Position numbers and translations under genes: made by a program. DNA of 22,473 nucleotides, taken from the UHGV virus genome UHGV-1750711. One strand, 5' to 3'. The notes below the pieces were generated by a model. It had not been told where the DNA came from. It searched no databases and worked only from the letters and a program-made list of their open reading frames with translations. This document shows, one piece after another, positions 7,745 to 16,768 of this stretch. Source of the stretch: a virus. The stretch's first letter is position 1; the number at the start of each line of letters is the position of its first letter.

Positions 7745-7931
7745 CGTTCTGGATGTTGATCTGAACCGACTGAAAGAAAATCGGGAAGCAATGACAAATT
7801 TTTACGCGTCCATCCGTAAGGGCAGAGCGAAAGGTGAAGCCGAGCTACGGGCGGCATTGTTTAAGCTTGCCAGAAAAGGGGATGCCTTTGCCCTGCGCGA
7901 ACTACTCAGGGTGGATAAAAATCAGGACTAA
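7680..7931 (+). CDS. Hypothetical small protein (83 aa) immediately upstream of the terminase small subunit
   Basis: ORF with SD-like GGGGGTGA before the ATG at 7680. Overlaps the preceding gene by 65 nt. An alternative start at ATG 7722 is possible. Confidence 0.45.
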   Translation: MIPYSKVESLAACRMTAQQIADVLDVDLNRLKENREAMTNFYASIRKGRAKGEAELRAALFKLARKGDAFALRELLRVDKNQD

Positions 7932-7934
7932 CTG

Positions 7935-9029
7935 ATGAGCAGACCGGACTGGGGGGCGTTGCAGCAGGAGTATATTGCTGAATACACCCGCTCCGGTATA
8001 TCTCCGGTGGCATGGTGTGAAGCAAGGGGACTGAATTACGCAACAGCCCGTCGTTACATCAAAAAACCTCCGAAAAATGCGCAGACAGAAATGCGCAAAA
8101 CTGCGCAAAAAAGTGCGCAGAAAAAATCTGCGCAGACTGCACAAAAGCGGAACGGAAAATCTCAGGAAAAAAAGCCAGTATCCGATGCGTACCTGAATGA
8201 GGGCGATGCGGAAGAAATTTCGTTCTGTCCCGATGAATTCGGCGTTTCTGACCAGCAGGCGAAATTCGCAATGCTGGTTGCCCAGGGGAAAAAACTCGTT
8301 GAGGCATATCGCCTGGCAGGATACGAGTCAGAGGGGAATGCGGCCTACGTAACCGCCAGCCAGCTCCTAAGAAATCCTAAGGTTTTTCGTGCTATCAGCT
8401 ACTTCCGCAATCAGTACCAGAAACGCTATACCGCAGACCTGGATTTACTGGTGAGTCAGTTGATGGCCATTGTCCAGGCCGACCCCAATCAGTTGGCACA
8501 ATTTCGCCGTGTTAACTGCCGTTATTGCTGGGGCGAGAATCATCACTACCAGTGGCGCGATATAGCAGAATTCGATAAGGCAGCGGCGCAGGCCTCCAGA
8601 GATGGCAAACCCGAGCCGGAATATGGTGGCCTTGGCTTTGTTGATAACGCCATACCCAATCCGGACTGCCCGAAGTGCTGCGGTGAGGGAACGGGGCAGC
8701 TTTATATGGCTGATACCACTCTGCTTGATGGGGAAGCGCGGCAATTATATGCAGGGGCAAAGCTCGGAAAATTTGGTGTTGAGATCCTGCTGGAGGATAA
8801 GGCTGCCGCCCGGCGTGAATTGTTGCGTTTGCTTGCTGCTGGTGGGGCTTTATGTGCAGATAAGCGGCTACAGGAACTGGAAATTGAACGGCGCAGAATG
8901 GAAAACCAGAAGCTGCGCAAAGAGATCGAAACGGTGGAAGATAATGAACATCCCCAGCCTGTGGCGATCAATATTAATGTGGTTGATGCCAGAGTAAGGA
9001 GTGATGAAGATGATCTCTCCGACGCTTAA
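7935..9029 (+). CDS. Terminase small subunit (N-terminal HTH, basic repeat linker, C-terminal Cys4 zinc-ribbon-like motif)
   Basis: 364 aa. Contains the recognisable TerS segment LVAQGKKLVEAYRLAGY...NAAYVTASQLLRNPKV and C-x2-C...C-x2-C (CRYC ... CPKCC). Lies immediately upstream of the large subunit. Confidence 0.75.
   Translation: MSRPDWGALQQEYIAEYTRSGISPVAWCEARGLNYATARRYIKKPPKNAQTEMRKTAQKSAQKKSAQTAQKRNGKSQEKKPVSDAYLNEGDAEEISFCPDEFGVSDQQAKFAMLVAQGKKLVEAYRLAGYESEGNAAYVTASQLLRNPKVFRAISYFRNQYQKRYTADLDLLVSQLMAIVQADPNQLAQFRRVNCRYCWGENHHYQWRDIAEFDKAAAQASRDGKPEPEYGGLGFVDNAIPNPDCPKCCGEGTGQLYMADTTLLDGEARQLYAGAKLGKFGVEILLEDKAAARRELLRLLAAGGALCADKRLQELEIERRRMENQKLRKEIETVEDNEHPQPVAININVVDARVRSDEDDLSDA
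8077..8146 (+). repeat. Imperfect tandem TGCGCA-R-AAA repeats within terS (encode the basic KSAQK/TAQK linker)
   Basis: TGCGCA recurs at roughly 8079, 8092, 8102, 8114 and 8129 with 10-15 nt spacing. Confidence 0.6.
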
Positions 9030-10311
9030 TGTGCCTCAGGCGCGATTTCTTTCAATGCCCCATAAATTTAAAGCCTATATTGCTGGTTTTGGCTCGGGCA
9101 AAACATGGGTTGGGTGTGGCGGCATATGCAAGGGGATTTGGGAGCATCCAGGTATAAATCAGGGATATTTTGCGCCAACGTATCCCCAAATTCGCGATAT
9201 TTTTTACCCTACAGTGGAAGAAGTTGCTGCTGACTGGGGATTGAACGTAAAAATTAATGAGGGAAATAAAGAGGTTCACTTTTATTACGGACGCCAGTAT
9301 CGGGGAACCACTATCTGCAGATCGATGGAGAAGCCACAAACGATCGTCGGTTTCAAAATTGGTAATGCGTTGGTGGATGAACTGGACATTTTGCCGAAGG
9401 AAAAAGCCAGAACGGCGTGGCGCAAGATAATTGCGCGTATGCGTTATAAGATTGATGGACTTCGCAACGGTATTGACGTTACAACCACGCCGGAAGGATT
9501 CAAATTTGTCTACGAGCAGTTTGTTAAAGCCGTGCGTGAAAAAACAGAGCTGGCCTCACTGTATGGTCTGGTGCAGGCATCTACTTTCGATAATGAAAAG
9601 AACCTGCCAGCAGATTACATTCCTTCGCTTCTTGAATCATACCCTCCAGAGCTGATTAAAGCCTATCTGCGAGGACAGTTTACTAACCTGACAAGTGGTA
9701 CTGTTTACCATCAGTTTGACCGGAAACTGAATAATTGCGAAGAAGTGGAGCAGCCAGGGGAGTCGATTTATATTGGGATGGATTTTAACGTTGGAAAGAT
9801 GGCGGGAATCGTCCATGTGCTGCGTTTGGGGCTTCCATGTGCGGTAACTGAAATCATCAATGCCTACGATACGCCGGATATGATCCGCATCATTAAAGAA
9901 CGCTTCTGGCTGTATGATGGGAATGATTACCGGAAAGTGAGGGAAATTTATATTTATCCAGATGCTTCCGGGGATTCCAGAAAATCAAGTAACGCAAGTA
10001 CGACGGATATAGCCCAGCTTAAGCAGGCTGGTTTTAACGTTGTGGTGAACAGCTCGAACCCGCCAGTAAAAGATCGCGTTAACTCAATGAATGCAATGTT
10101 CTGCAATGCCAATGGTGAGCGTCGCTATAAAGTTAATGTGAAGCGTTGCCCGTTATATGCCGAATCTCTGGAGCAACAGGTCTGGGATGAGAAGGGGGAG
10201 CCTGATAAAAAATCTGGCAATGATCACCCGAATGATGCCGGAGGTTATTTCATCGTTAAGCAATTCCCTATTGTCAAACCGACCGGAAGAGTCACATCAC
10301 TTCGGATTTAA
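9010..10311 (+). CDS. Terminase large subunit (ATPase/nuclease)
   Basis: Walker-A-like AGFGSGKT near the N-terminus. The ATG at 9010 is preferred because AAGGAG sits 8 nt upstream; the ORF track begins at a GTG at 9001. Confidence 0.85.
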   Translation: MISPTLNVPQARFLSMPHKFKAYIAGFGSGKTWVGCGGICKGIWEHPGINQGYFAPTYPQIRDIFYPTVEEVAADWGLNVKINEGNKEVHFYYGRQYRGTTICRSMEKPQTIVGFKIGNALVDELDILPKEKARTAWRKIIARMRYKIDGLRNGIDVTTTPEGFKFVYEQFVKAVREKTELASLYGLVQASTFDNEKNLPADYIPSLLESYPPELIKAYLRGQFTNLTSGTVYHQFDRKLNNCEEVEQPGESIYIGMDFNVGKMAGIVHVLRLGLPCAVTEIINAYDTPDMIRIIKERFWLYDGNDYRKVREIYIYPDASGDSRKSSNASTTDIAQLKQAGFNVVVNSSNPPVKDRVNSMNAMFCNANGERRYKVNVKRCPLYAESLEQQVWDEKGEPDKKSGNDHPNDAGGYFIVKQFPIVKPTGRVTSLRI

Positions 10312-10313
10312 TT

Positions 10314-11720
10314 ATGGCTGATATATCAACACCCAACCTCGACTATAACGATATGCTGGAGGCGTGGGATATTAACGACGCACTGATGGGCGGTACGCTT
10401 GAAATGCGCAGGCAGGGGGAAAATTATCTCCCAAAATGGCCTAACGAAGATGAAGACGCTTATAAAAAACGCCTGTCTGTGGCTACGCTACTTCCTGTGT
10501 ATGAAGAAAGCATTAAGCAAAATATTGGACGCATATTTGCAGAGCCGACAGTATTGAGTGAGGAAACGCCGGAAAAAATCAGGGAATATGCAGAAAATAT
10601 CGACATGGAGGGGAGCCGACTGGATGTGTGGGCGCAGCAATTTTTCAGCCTCGCATTTCAGTATGGTGTGGCACATGCGCTGGTGGACTATCCACGAACG
10701 GATATGAAGGAGATCCGGACAAAAGCCGATGAAAATGCGGCTGGTGGTCGCCCATACGTTACGATGCTGAATCCACGCCAGGTTATTGGATGGAAATCGA
10801 AAGTTGAAAAAGGGAAAGTTGTTCTTACTGATTTGCGTATAAAAGAGGTCATCATTGTTGATGGTGATGATTTCGGGCAGAAGAAGGTGGAGCAGATCCG
10901 CCATATTATGCCCCGTTGCGTTGAAATTTATCGACGCAGCGAAGGTACTAATGGCGAATCTGTCTGGACGCTTCACGAGTCATGGAATACCAGCCGTGAT
11001 GATATTCCTCTGGTAACACTGTATACGAAGAAAACAGGGTTTATGCGTGGTACACCGCCATTGCTTAATCTTGGCTTGCTGAATATCAAGCACTGGCAAA
11101 GCCAGAGCGAGCAGGACAATATTCTTCATGTTGCCCGCGTCCCATTGCTGGTGGCCTACGGGCTGGACAGGAATGAAGAACTGACGGTTGGTGCATCCAC
11201 CGCTACGATTTTTGAGGACAGAACAAAAAATGGCCTCGAATATGTTGAACATAGTGGGGCAGCGATAGAATCTGGCGAAACATCACTGGAGAAGCTGGAA
11301 AATCAAATGCGTCATGCCGGCGCTAAACTTCTGCGGGCTGAAAATACATCCACCAAATCTGTTGATCAGACTAATGAAGAGCGGATGCAGGAAAACTCGC
11401 CGCTTTATACAATGGCGAACTCCCTCGAAGATGCCCTCGATAATATTCTCCAGATAATGGCGGAATGGATCGGAGAGAGTTGCGGCGGCAATGTGGATGT
11501 GCGCACTGAACTGGATGTATCTGCCCAGGTGTTTGACTCATCCTCCGCGCTGGCTGTTCAGTCATTGCGTCAGGGCGGTGATATACGTCAGATTGATGCG
11601 GTTCGGGTGTTGCAGGCGTTGAAATTTATCGATCAGGATTCCCGTCCAGAGGAAGTGATCGATGAATTAAAAAATCAGAGTGTAATGCTGATGGAAATCA
11701 ATGATGCAAACCGTGAATGA
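10314..11720 (+). CDS. Portal protein
   Basis: 468-aa ORF immediately after terL and before the head morphogenesis gene. Assigned mainly by conserved gene order. Confidence 0.7.
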   Translation: MADISTPNLDYNDMLEAWDINDALMGGTLEMRRQGENYLPKWPNEDEDAYKKRLSVATLLPVYEESIKQNIGRIFAEPTVLSEETPEKIREYAENIDMEGSRLDVWAQQFFSLAFQYGVAHALVDYPRTDMKEIRTKADENAAGGRPYVTMLNPRQVIGWKSKVEKGKVVLTDLRIKEVIIVDGDDFGQKKVEQIRHIMPRCVEIYRRSEGTNGESVWTLHESWNTSRDDIPLVTLYTKKTGFMRGTPPLLNLGLLNIKHWQSQSEQDNILHVARVPLLVAYGLDRNEELTVGASTATIFEDRTKNGLEYVEHSGAAIESGETSLEKLENQMRHAGAKLLRAENTSTKSVDQTNEERMQENSPLYTMANSLEDALDNILQIMAEWIGESCGGNVDVRTELDVSAQVFDSSSALAVQSLRQGGDIRQIDAVRVLQALKFIDQDSRPEEVIDELKNQSVMLMEINDANRE

Positions 11721-12816
11721 ACGGCTGCGTGATGAATCAATTGCTCATGCAGTCTGGATATCTCGCTATAGCACTGGTGTGGCTGCCAGAATGGTGAAAA
11801 CACTGAATGTCAGCGATGCGGAGCTTACATCTCGCCTGTTGGTGGCACTGGACAGCCTCGATCCAAGTAGTTTCACCGTTACGCGCCTGGAGTCACTTCT
11901 GGCGAGTGTCAGAGAGGTTAACCGCGCTGCTATTAACAGCATGTTTACCAGTCTCTCCGGAGAGCTGAACGAGCTGGCAGTTTATGAGGCTGGTTATCAG
12001 TTAAGTCTGTTTGATTCTCTGCTACCTGATTTTGTTGCTGATGTTCATCCTCTGGTTGGTATCTCACCTGATGCACTTTATGCTGCTGCAATGGCGCGAC
12101 CATTCCAGGGACGACTGCTCAGTGAGTGGGCCTCAGATCTTGAGGCGGATCGGCTCAGACGCATAACAAATACGGTGCGTCAGGGTTTTTTGTTGGGGGA
12201 TACCAATGAGCAGATCGCAAGAAAAATTCGGGGACATGTCAGTAAGGGATTTCAGGATGGTGCATTGCAGATGAGTCGGGCTAATGCGGCCAGCATTGCA
12301 AAAACAGCGGTTGGACATCTTGCTGCTACTGCCCGTGAGAGTTTTGCCAGCGCGAATAATGATTTGATTAAGGGTAAGCAATGGTTATCAACGCTTGATA
12401 ATCGTACTACGCCACAATGTCGAATCAGGGATCGCCTCAAATATACGCTGGATAATAAACCTGTAGGTCACAGCGTGCCTTATTTACAGGGGCCGGGGAA
12501 AATTCATTTCTGCTGTCGCTCAACGGAAACGTTCATTCTGAAATCAGCGAAGGAACTGGGTATTGATGTTCGTGATATTTCCCCGGCTGAGCGGGCCAGC
12601 ATGGATGGCGTGGTGGCCGGAGATACAACCTACAGGGAATGGTTTTTGCGCCAGCCTTACACCAGACAAAAAAAGATTGTGGGGGAAACCCGGGCAAAGC
12701 TGATTCGGGATGGCGGTATGTCGCCAGATGAATTTTACACCGATAAAGGCGAATGGCTGACACTGAAGCAACTCCGAGAGCGTGATGCACAGGCATTCAG
12801 AAAAGCAGGGATTTAA
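11701..12816 (+). CDS. Head morphogenesis / minor capsid protein (Mu F / SPP1 gp7-like)
   Basis: 371-aa ORF following the portal gene; start overlaps the portal stop. Assigned by position and general resemblance. Confidence 0.6.
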   Translation: MMQTVNERLRDESIAHAVWISRYSTGVAARMVKTLNVSDAELTSRLLVALDSLDPSSFTVTRLESLLASVREVNRAAINSMFTSLSGELNELAVYEAGYQLSLFDSLLPDFVADVHPLVGISPDALYAAAMARPFQGRLLSEWASDLEADRLRRITNTVRQGFLLGDTNEQIARKIRGHVSKGFQDGALQMSRANAASIAKTAVGHLAATARESFASANNDLIKGKQWLSTLDNRTTPQCRIRDRLKYTLDNKPVGHSVPYLQGPGKIHFCCRSTETFILKSAKELGIDVRDISPAERASMDGVVAGDTTYREWFLRQPYTRQKKIVGETRAKLIRDGGMSPDEFYTDKGEWLTLKQLRERDAQAFRKAGI

Positions 12817-12836
12817 ATAAATCCTTTATTACAACA

Positions 12837-12862
12837 GGCTACCTTCGGGTGGCCTTTTTTAT
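12837..12862 (+). terminator. Intrinsic terminator/attenuator between head morphogenesis and scaffold genes
   Basis: GGCTACC-TTCG-GGTGGCC hairpin (7 bp with one G-U pair, TTCG tetraloop) followed by TTTTTTATT. Confidence 0.55.
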
Positions 12863-12920
12863 TGCTGCGATCCGGATGGTGAGCAGCGCAACTGTCGGAA
12901 GACTTAAACCAGGTACTAAT

Positions 12921-13685
12921 ATGAAACTGAAAACGGTCGAGATTAACGGAAAACAATACGCAGAAATTGATACTGCTGGCCTGCCAGTCTATGTGCACGA
13001 CGATGGTAAAGAAATCGGCTTCGATGCACCGCTGGCGACAAAAAAAATTACAGAGCTTAATGGCGAGGCAAAAAATCATCGCCTGGCTAAAGAAGCTGCA
13101 GAGGAAAAACTGGCTAAGTTTGCCGCTATCGAAGACCCGAAGAAGGCGATTGAGGCACTGGAAATGCTGTCAAAAATCGACCAGAAAAAGCTGATCGGTG
13201 CGGGACAGGTTGACCAGGTTAAGGCAGAAATTACGAAAAATTTTCAGCAGCAATTAGATGAAGAAAAGCAACGCTCTCAGATGCTGGAGACGCAGCTTTA
13301 CGATTCTATGATTGGCGGTAGTTTTGCGGGTTCAAAATATATTGCCGATAAAATTGCGATCCCGGCAGATTTATTACAAGCCCGCTTCGGGCAGGCATTC
13401 AAAGTGGAAGAAGGGAAGATCGTTGCTTATGACGCTTCCGGCAACAAAATTTATTCCCGCGCGAAGCCTGGCGAACTGGCGCAGTTTGATGAGGCGCTGG
13501 AGTTCCTCGTCGAAAATTACCCTCAGAAAGACTACATCCTGAAAGCCAGTGGCAACAATGGCGGCGGCTCCCGTCCGACACAGCATGATATTGGTCAGAA
13601 AACGATGAAACGCTCTGCTTTTGATGCACTGGATGTTGCAGGTAAGCAAAACGCATTGAAAGACGGTATCACAATTGTTGATTAA
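12921..13685 (+). CDS. Scaffolding protein
   Basis: 254-aa acidic, Lys/Glu/Ala-rich, coiled-coil-like protein (EAAEEKLAKFAAIEDPKKAIEALEMLSKIDQKK) immediately upstream of the capsid gene. ATG at 12921; the upstream extension in the ORF track spans the terminator and is rejected. Confidence 0.65.
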   Translation: MKLKTVEINGKQYAEIDTAGLPVYVHDDGKEIGFDAPLATKKITELNGEAKNHRLAKEAAEEKLAKFAAIEDPKKAIEALEMLSKIDQKKLIGAGQVDQVKAEITKNFQQQLDEEKQRSQMLETQLYDSMIGGSFAGSKYIADKIAIPADLLQARFGQAFKVEEGKIVAYDASGNKIYSRAKPGELAQFDEALEFLVENYPQKDYILKASGNNGGGSRPTQHDIGQKTMKRSAFDALDVAGKQNALKDGITIVD

Positions 13686-13783
13686 CACATTTGTCAGCTT
13701 CCGGATGGGAGCTGGTGTCAGGGCTGGATAGCTCATTACTCCATCTATTCACAATTACGCAAATTTTTAAGGAATATTTAATT

Positions 13784-14923
13784 ATGGCTGGAAATACCCT
13801 GACCGGGTTGATCCCGACTATTTACACCGCCCTGGATGTTGTATCCCGTGAGCAGGTAGGTTTTATCCCTGCGGTAGCAAAAAACGCAAAAGCTGACGCC
13901 GCAGCAAAAGATCAGACGGTAACCGCGTCAGTTGCGCCTGAGGCGAAAACCGAAGATATCGTACCGGGGCCGTCAGCTCCGAATACCGGTGATCAAAATA
14001 TTGGCACTGTTGATGTAAAAATTACTAAATCCAAAATGGCGCCGGTTAAATGGAATGGTGAAGAACAACTGGCTCTTGGCCCTTCAGGGACTTACAACAC
14101 CATTCTGGCTGATCAGTTCAAGCAGGCTTTTCGCGCCCTTGCAAACGAGGTTGAGGCTGATCTTGGTGCGTTGTATTTCGGTGCTTCCCGCGCCGTGGGA
14201 ACCGCAGGGACAACGCCGTTTGGTGTTAAAGATGATCTTTCTGATGCTGCTCTGGCTCGTCAGGTTCTGGAGGATAACGGCGCACCGACAACAGATCTGC
14301 AGATGGTGCTTGGTTCCACTGCCATTGCTAATTTGCGCGGAAAACAGTCTGTATTGTTTAAAGTGAATGAATCCGGCACTGAACAGCTACTGCGTGAGGG
14401 CGTGTTGGGGCGTCTGGAGGGATTCAATATTCACAGTTCGGCAGGTGTAAAACGAGCGCCAAAGGTTGCTGCAACAGGTTATCTCGTGAATGGCGAGAAA
14501 AAAGAAGGCGATGTTCTTATTTCCATTGATACTGGTTCGGGGAGTATTTCTGCAGGTCAGATTGTTACGTTCGCTGGCGATCCGAATCAGTATGTTGTGG
14601 CAGCAGCGACCAGCAATCTGATTACTCTTGCAGCGCCGGGACTGCGTCAGGATCTGGCCGATGATACTGCAATCACAGTTGTTGGCTCTTTTACTGCAAA
14701 TATGGCGTTTGATCGCAACGCGTTTCTGCTGGCATCCCGTACTCCGGCAATGCCGGAAGGTGGCGATAATGCTGATGATGTAATGAATGTTACGGACCCG
14801 ATTTCAGGGATTACGTTCCAGATTGCACTGTATCGTCAGTATCGCCAGGTGCGCTATGAAGTTGGACTGGCATGGGGTGTTTCGTCAGTGAAACCGGCAC
14901 ATGGTTGTCTGATTCTTGGTTAA
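13784..14923 (+). CDS. Major capsid protein
   Basis: 379 aa from the ATG at 13784 with RBS AAGGA. Follows the scaffold and is followed by a strong terminator, as expected for a highly expressed coat gene. Confidence 0.8.
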   Translation: MAGNTLTGLIPTIYTALDVVSREQVGFIPAVAKNAKADAAAKDQTVTASVAPEAKTEDIVPGPSAPNTGDQNIGTVDVKITKSKMAPVKWNGEEQLALGPSGTYNTILADQFKQAFRALANEVEADLGALYFGASRAVGTAGTTPFGVKDDLSDAALARQVLEDNGAPTTDLQMVLGSTAIANLRGKQSVLFKVNESGTEQLLREGVLGRLEGFNIHSSAGVKRAPKVAATGYLVNGEKKEGDVLISIDTGSGSISAGQIVTFAGDPNQYVVAAATSNLITLAAPGLRQDLADDTAITVVGSFTANMAFDRNAFLLASRTPAMPEGGDNADDVMNVTDPISGITFQIALYRQYRQVRYEVGLAWGVSSVKPAHGCLILG

Positions 14924-14929
14924 ACATCC

Positions 14930-14955
14930 AAATGGGGCTTCGGCCCCATTTTTAA
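14930..14955 (+). terminator. Strong intrinsic terminator/attenuator after the capsid gene
   Basis: AAATGGGGC-TTCG-GCCCCATTT perfect hairpin with tetraloop, followed by a T-run. Confidence 0.7.
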
Positions 14956-14965
14956 TGGAGGGTAT

Positions 14966-15190
14966 ATGGCCGGATTAACTAAAGAGCAAAGAGCACAGCG
15001 TGAAGCCGCGCAAAAAAATGCAGTGGTGGAGCAAAATGTGGAGCAAATTCAGGAGCCACAAAAAACGCAAATTGAGTTAGTGGTTATGGTGACCGATTAT
15101 CAGATGTTTCCCGGCGCACCAACTATCGCTAATGTTCATCCTGATGAAGTTGACAACTGGAAGGCTCTGGGCTGGAAAACTCAGGAGTAA
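14966..15190 (+). CDS. Hypothetical small head-associated protein (74 aa)
   Basis: RBS GGAGGG upstream of the ATG. Position between capsid and connector genes. Confidence 0.55.
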   Translation: MAGLTKEQRAQREAAQKNAVVEQNVEQIQEPQKTQIELVVMVTDYQMFPGAPTIANVHPDEVDNWKALGWKTQE

Positions 15191-15193
15191 CAC

Positions 15194-15589
15194 ATGATCA
15201 CTTACGTGACCTGTGATGACGTTGATAATGCGTTTGGGAACGCCTGGACGAGTGAGAACGCTAAAAATAAAGCTGTTTTAATGGCTAATGCCTGGCTTAA
15301 TGGCTTCAGCCTGAAAATTAACCCATCCCGTATTCCGGAAGAGGTAAAACTTGCGGGAGCATATGCAGCCAGAATTGCCTCTGTCGGTAAGTTGTTTCAG
15401 CAGAAAAATGATTCAGGCGTTATTATCAGTAAAGCCGTGTCGGCTGACGGGGTCAGTGTATCGAAATCATTTGCTGAATTGCCAGCAAACAGCACTGCAT
15501 TGCTTGAACCCGATTTACAGCTTGCGATAGCACTGCTGAAACCGTACGGACTTAGTCGCTCACAAGTCAGGGTTGTGAGGGGGGGATGA
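15194..15589 (+). CDS. Head-tail connector/adaptor protein (gp6-like, putative)
   Basis: 131-aa ORF with RBS AGGAG. Function assigned from position in the morphogenesis module. Confidence 0.55.
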   Translation: MITYVTCDDVDNAFGNAWTSENAKNKAVLMANAWLNGFSLKINPSRIPEEVKLAGAYAARIASVGKLFQQKNDSGVIISKAVSADGVSVSKSFAELPANSTALLEPDLQLAIALLKPYGLSRSQVRVVRGG

Positions 15590-15972
15590 TGGGGGTTCGT
15601 GAAGAGATTCAGTCAGAGGTTGCCGCTGCTTTTGATGAGGATTTAGCAGACGTCGTGAGTGATTTTTCTGGTTCTTACGTTACGTACCGGAACTGGGATC
15701 CTGTGACTGAAACTGGCGGTGAATCCACAGCAACCTATACCGGGCGAGGCGTGTTGACGCGTTATAAGCTGGGCAGAATTGATGGGATTAATATTTTGCA
15801 TGGTGACCTTAAATTAACTGCTCTGGTATGCGAGGTTACGGATAAACCCGCTGTCGGTCATATTATTGAGATTTATGATTCTGTATCAAGGCAGTTGCAA
15901 CGATACGAGGTAATTACAGCGAGTGTAGATCCTTCCGCATCAGTTTACTCAATCCAGTTAAGGAGAGCGTAA
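15586..15972 (+). CDS. Head closure / head-tail joining protein (putative)
   Basis: 128-aa ORF, ATGA-coupled to the upstream gene. Function by position. Confidence 0.55.
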   Translation: MMGVREEIQSEVAAAFDEDLADVVSDFSGSYVTYRNWDPVTETGGESTATYTGRGVLTRYKLGRIDGINILHGDLKLTALVCEVTDKPAVGHIIEIYDSVSRQLQRYEVITASVDPSASVYSIQLRRA

Positions 15973-16353
15973 ATGGCAAAGGCATGGGATATCGAACCGT
16001 CAATATTTGCCGGGATGATTGAGGAAGATGTGGGGCTGAAAATTCGCTACATCGCTATTCAGATTCTTACTGCTATTGATATTGCTGCTCCGGTTGATAC
16101 CGGGCGTTTCAGAAATAACAACATGGTGTCGTTACAGTATCCCGATTTTGGTATATCTGATAACGTGGATCCGAACGGTACGATTGCGGTTCAGCGTGGG
16201 ATCGGAGTTATTTCGAAAGCTGCAAATTACGGAATTATTTATATCCAGAATAACCTTCCTTATGCAGAGGCTCTTGAAAACGGTCATTCACAACAAGCGC
16301 CAACTGGCGTGTATGCCAACGCTTTTAATGGTGTTTTACAGGCTTACAAATGA
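15973..16353 (+). CDS. Tail completion protein (HK97 gp10-like, putative)
   Basis: 126-aa ORF with RBS AAGGAG. Function by position. Confidence 0.55.
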   Translation: MAKAWDIEPSIFAGMIEEDVGLKIRYIAIQILTAIDIAAPVDTGRFRNNNMVSLQYPDFGISDNVDPNGTIAVQRGIGVISKAANYGIIYIQNNLPYAEALENGHSQQAPTGVYANAFNGVLQAYK

Positions 16354-16742
16354 CGTTTACTGAAATCAGAAATACGGTCATTTCCAGAATGACGGCACAG
16401 ACGGTTATTGATGGAAAAGACGTATTGTATCCGAACGGGCCAACGTTCGATCCTTCCGGTAAGTTAATCTGGGCGCGTTTAAGTAATATTCCCGGGCAGG
16501 CTGGAGTTAATGAAATTGGCGCGGGGCCGGTTGTTTATCGCACGGGGATAATCATTATTCAGTTATTTGTCCCCGCAGGTTCTGGTTCAAAACTCATTAC
16601 TGAGACAGCCGATAAATTGCGGGAACTGTTTGAGTTTCAGGATGACGATCGTCTCAGTTACCAGGTTGTTTCCTCAATAGCCGTTGGCGAAAAGAATGGC
16701 TGGTTCCAGCTTAATCTTCAAATTCCATATCGCGCGCTCTAG
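16350..16742 (+). CDS. Tail terminator / tail tube-associated protein (putative)
   Basis: 130-aa ORF, ATGA-coupled, immediately upstream of the major tail gene. Confidence 0.55.
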   Translation: MTFTEIRNTVISRMTAQTVIDGKDVLYPNGPTFDPSGKLIWARLSNIPGQAGVNEIGAGPVVYRTGIIIIQLFVPAGSGSKLITETADKLRELFEFQDDDRLSYQVVSSIAVGEKNGWFQLNLQIPYRAL

Positions 16743-16768
16743 CGCAATTAATGACATAGGAGGCTCCT

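Noticed and set aside
8059-9339. Minus-strand and alternate-frame ORFs inside terS/terL (8059-8307, 8445-8744, 8512-8760, 8602-8997, 8702-8971, 9052-9339)
   Set aside because: Embedded in the terminase genes; no independent evidence.
10488-13736. Antisense and alternate-frame ORFs inside the portal, head morphogenesis and scaffold genes, including 10488-10976 (162 aa) and 13374-13736 (120 aa)
   Set aside because: All are contained within contiguous, coupled + strand structural genes; considered artefacts.
12849-13783. 5' extensions of the scaffold (from 12849) and capsid (from 13691) ORFs
   Set aside because: The extensions run through a terminator hairpin or lack an RBS. Internal ATGs at 12921 and 13784 have better context (RBS AAGGA for capsid).
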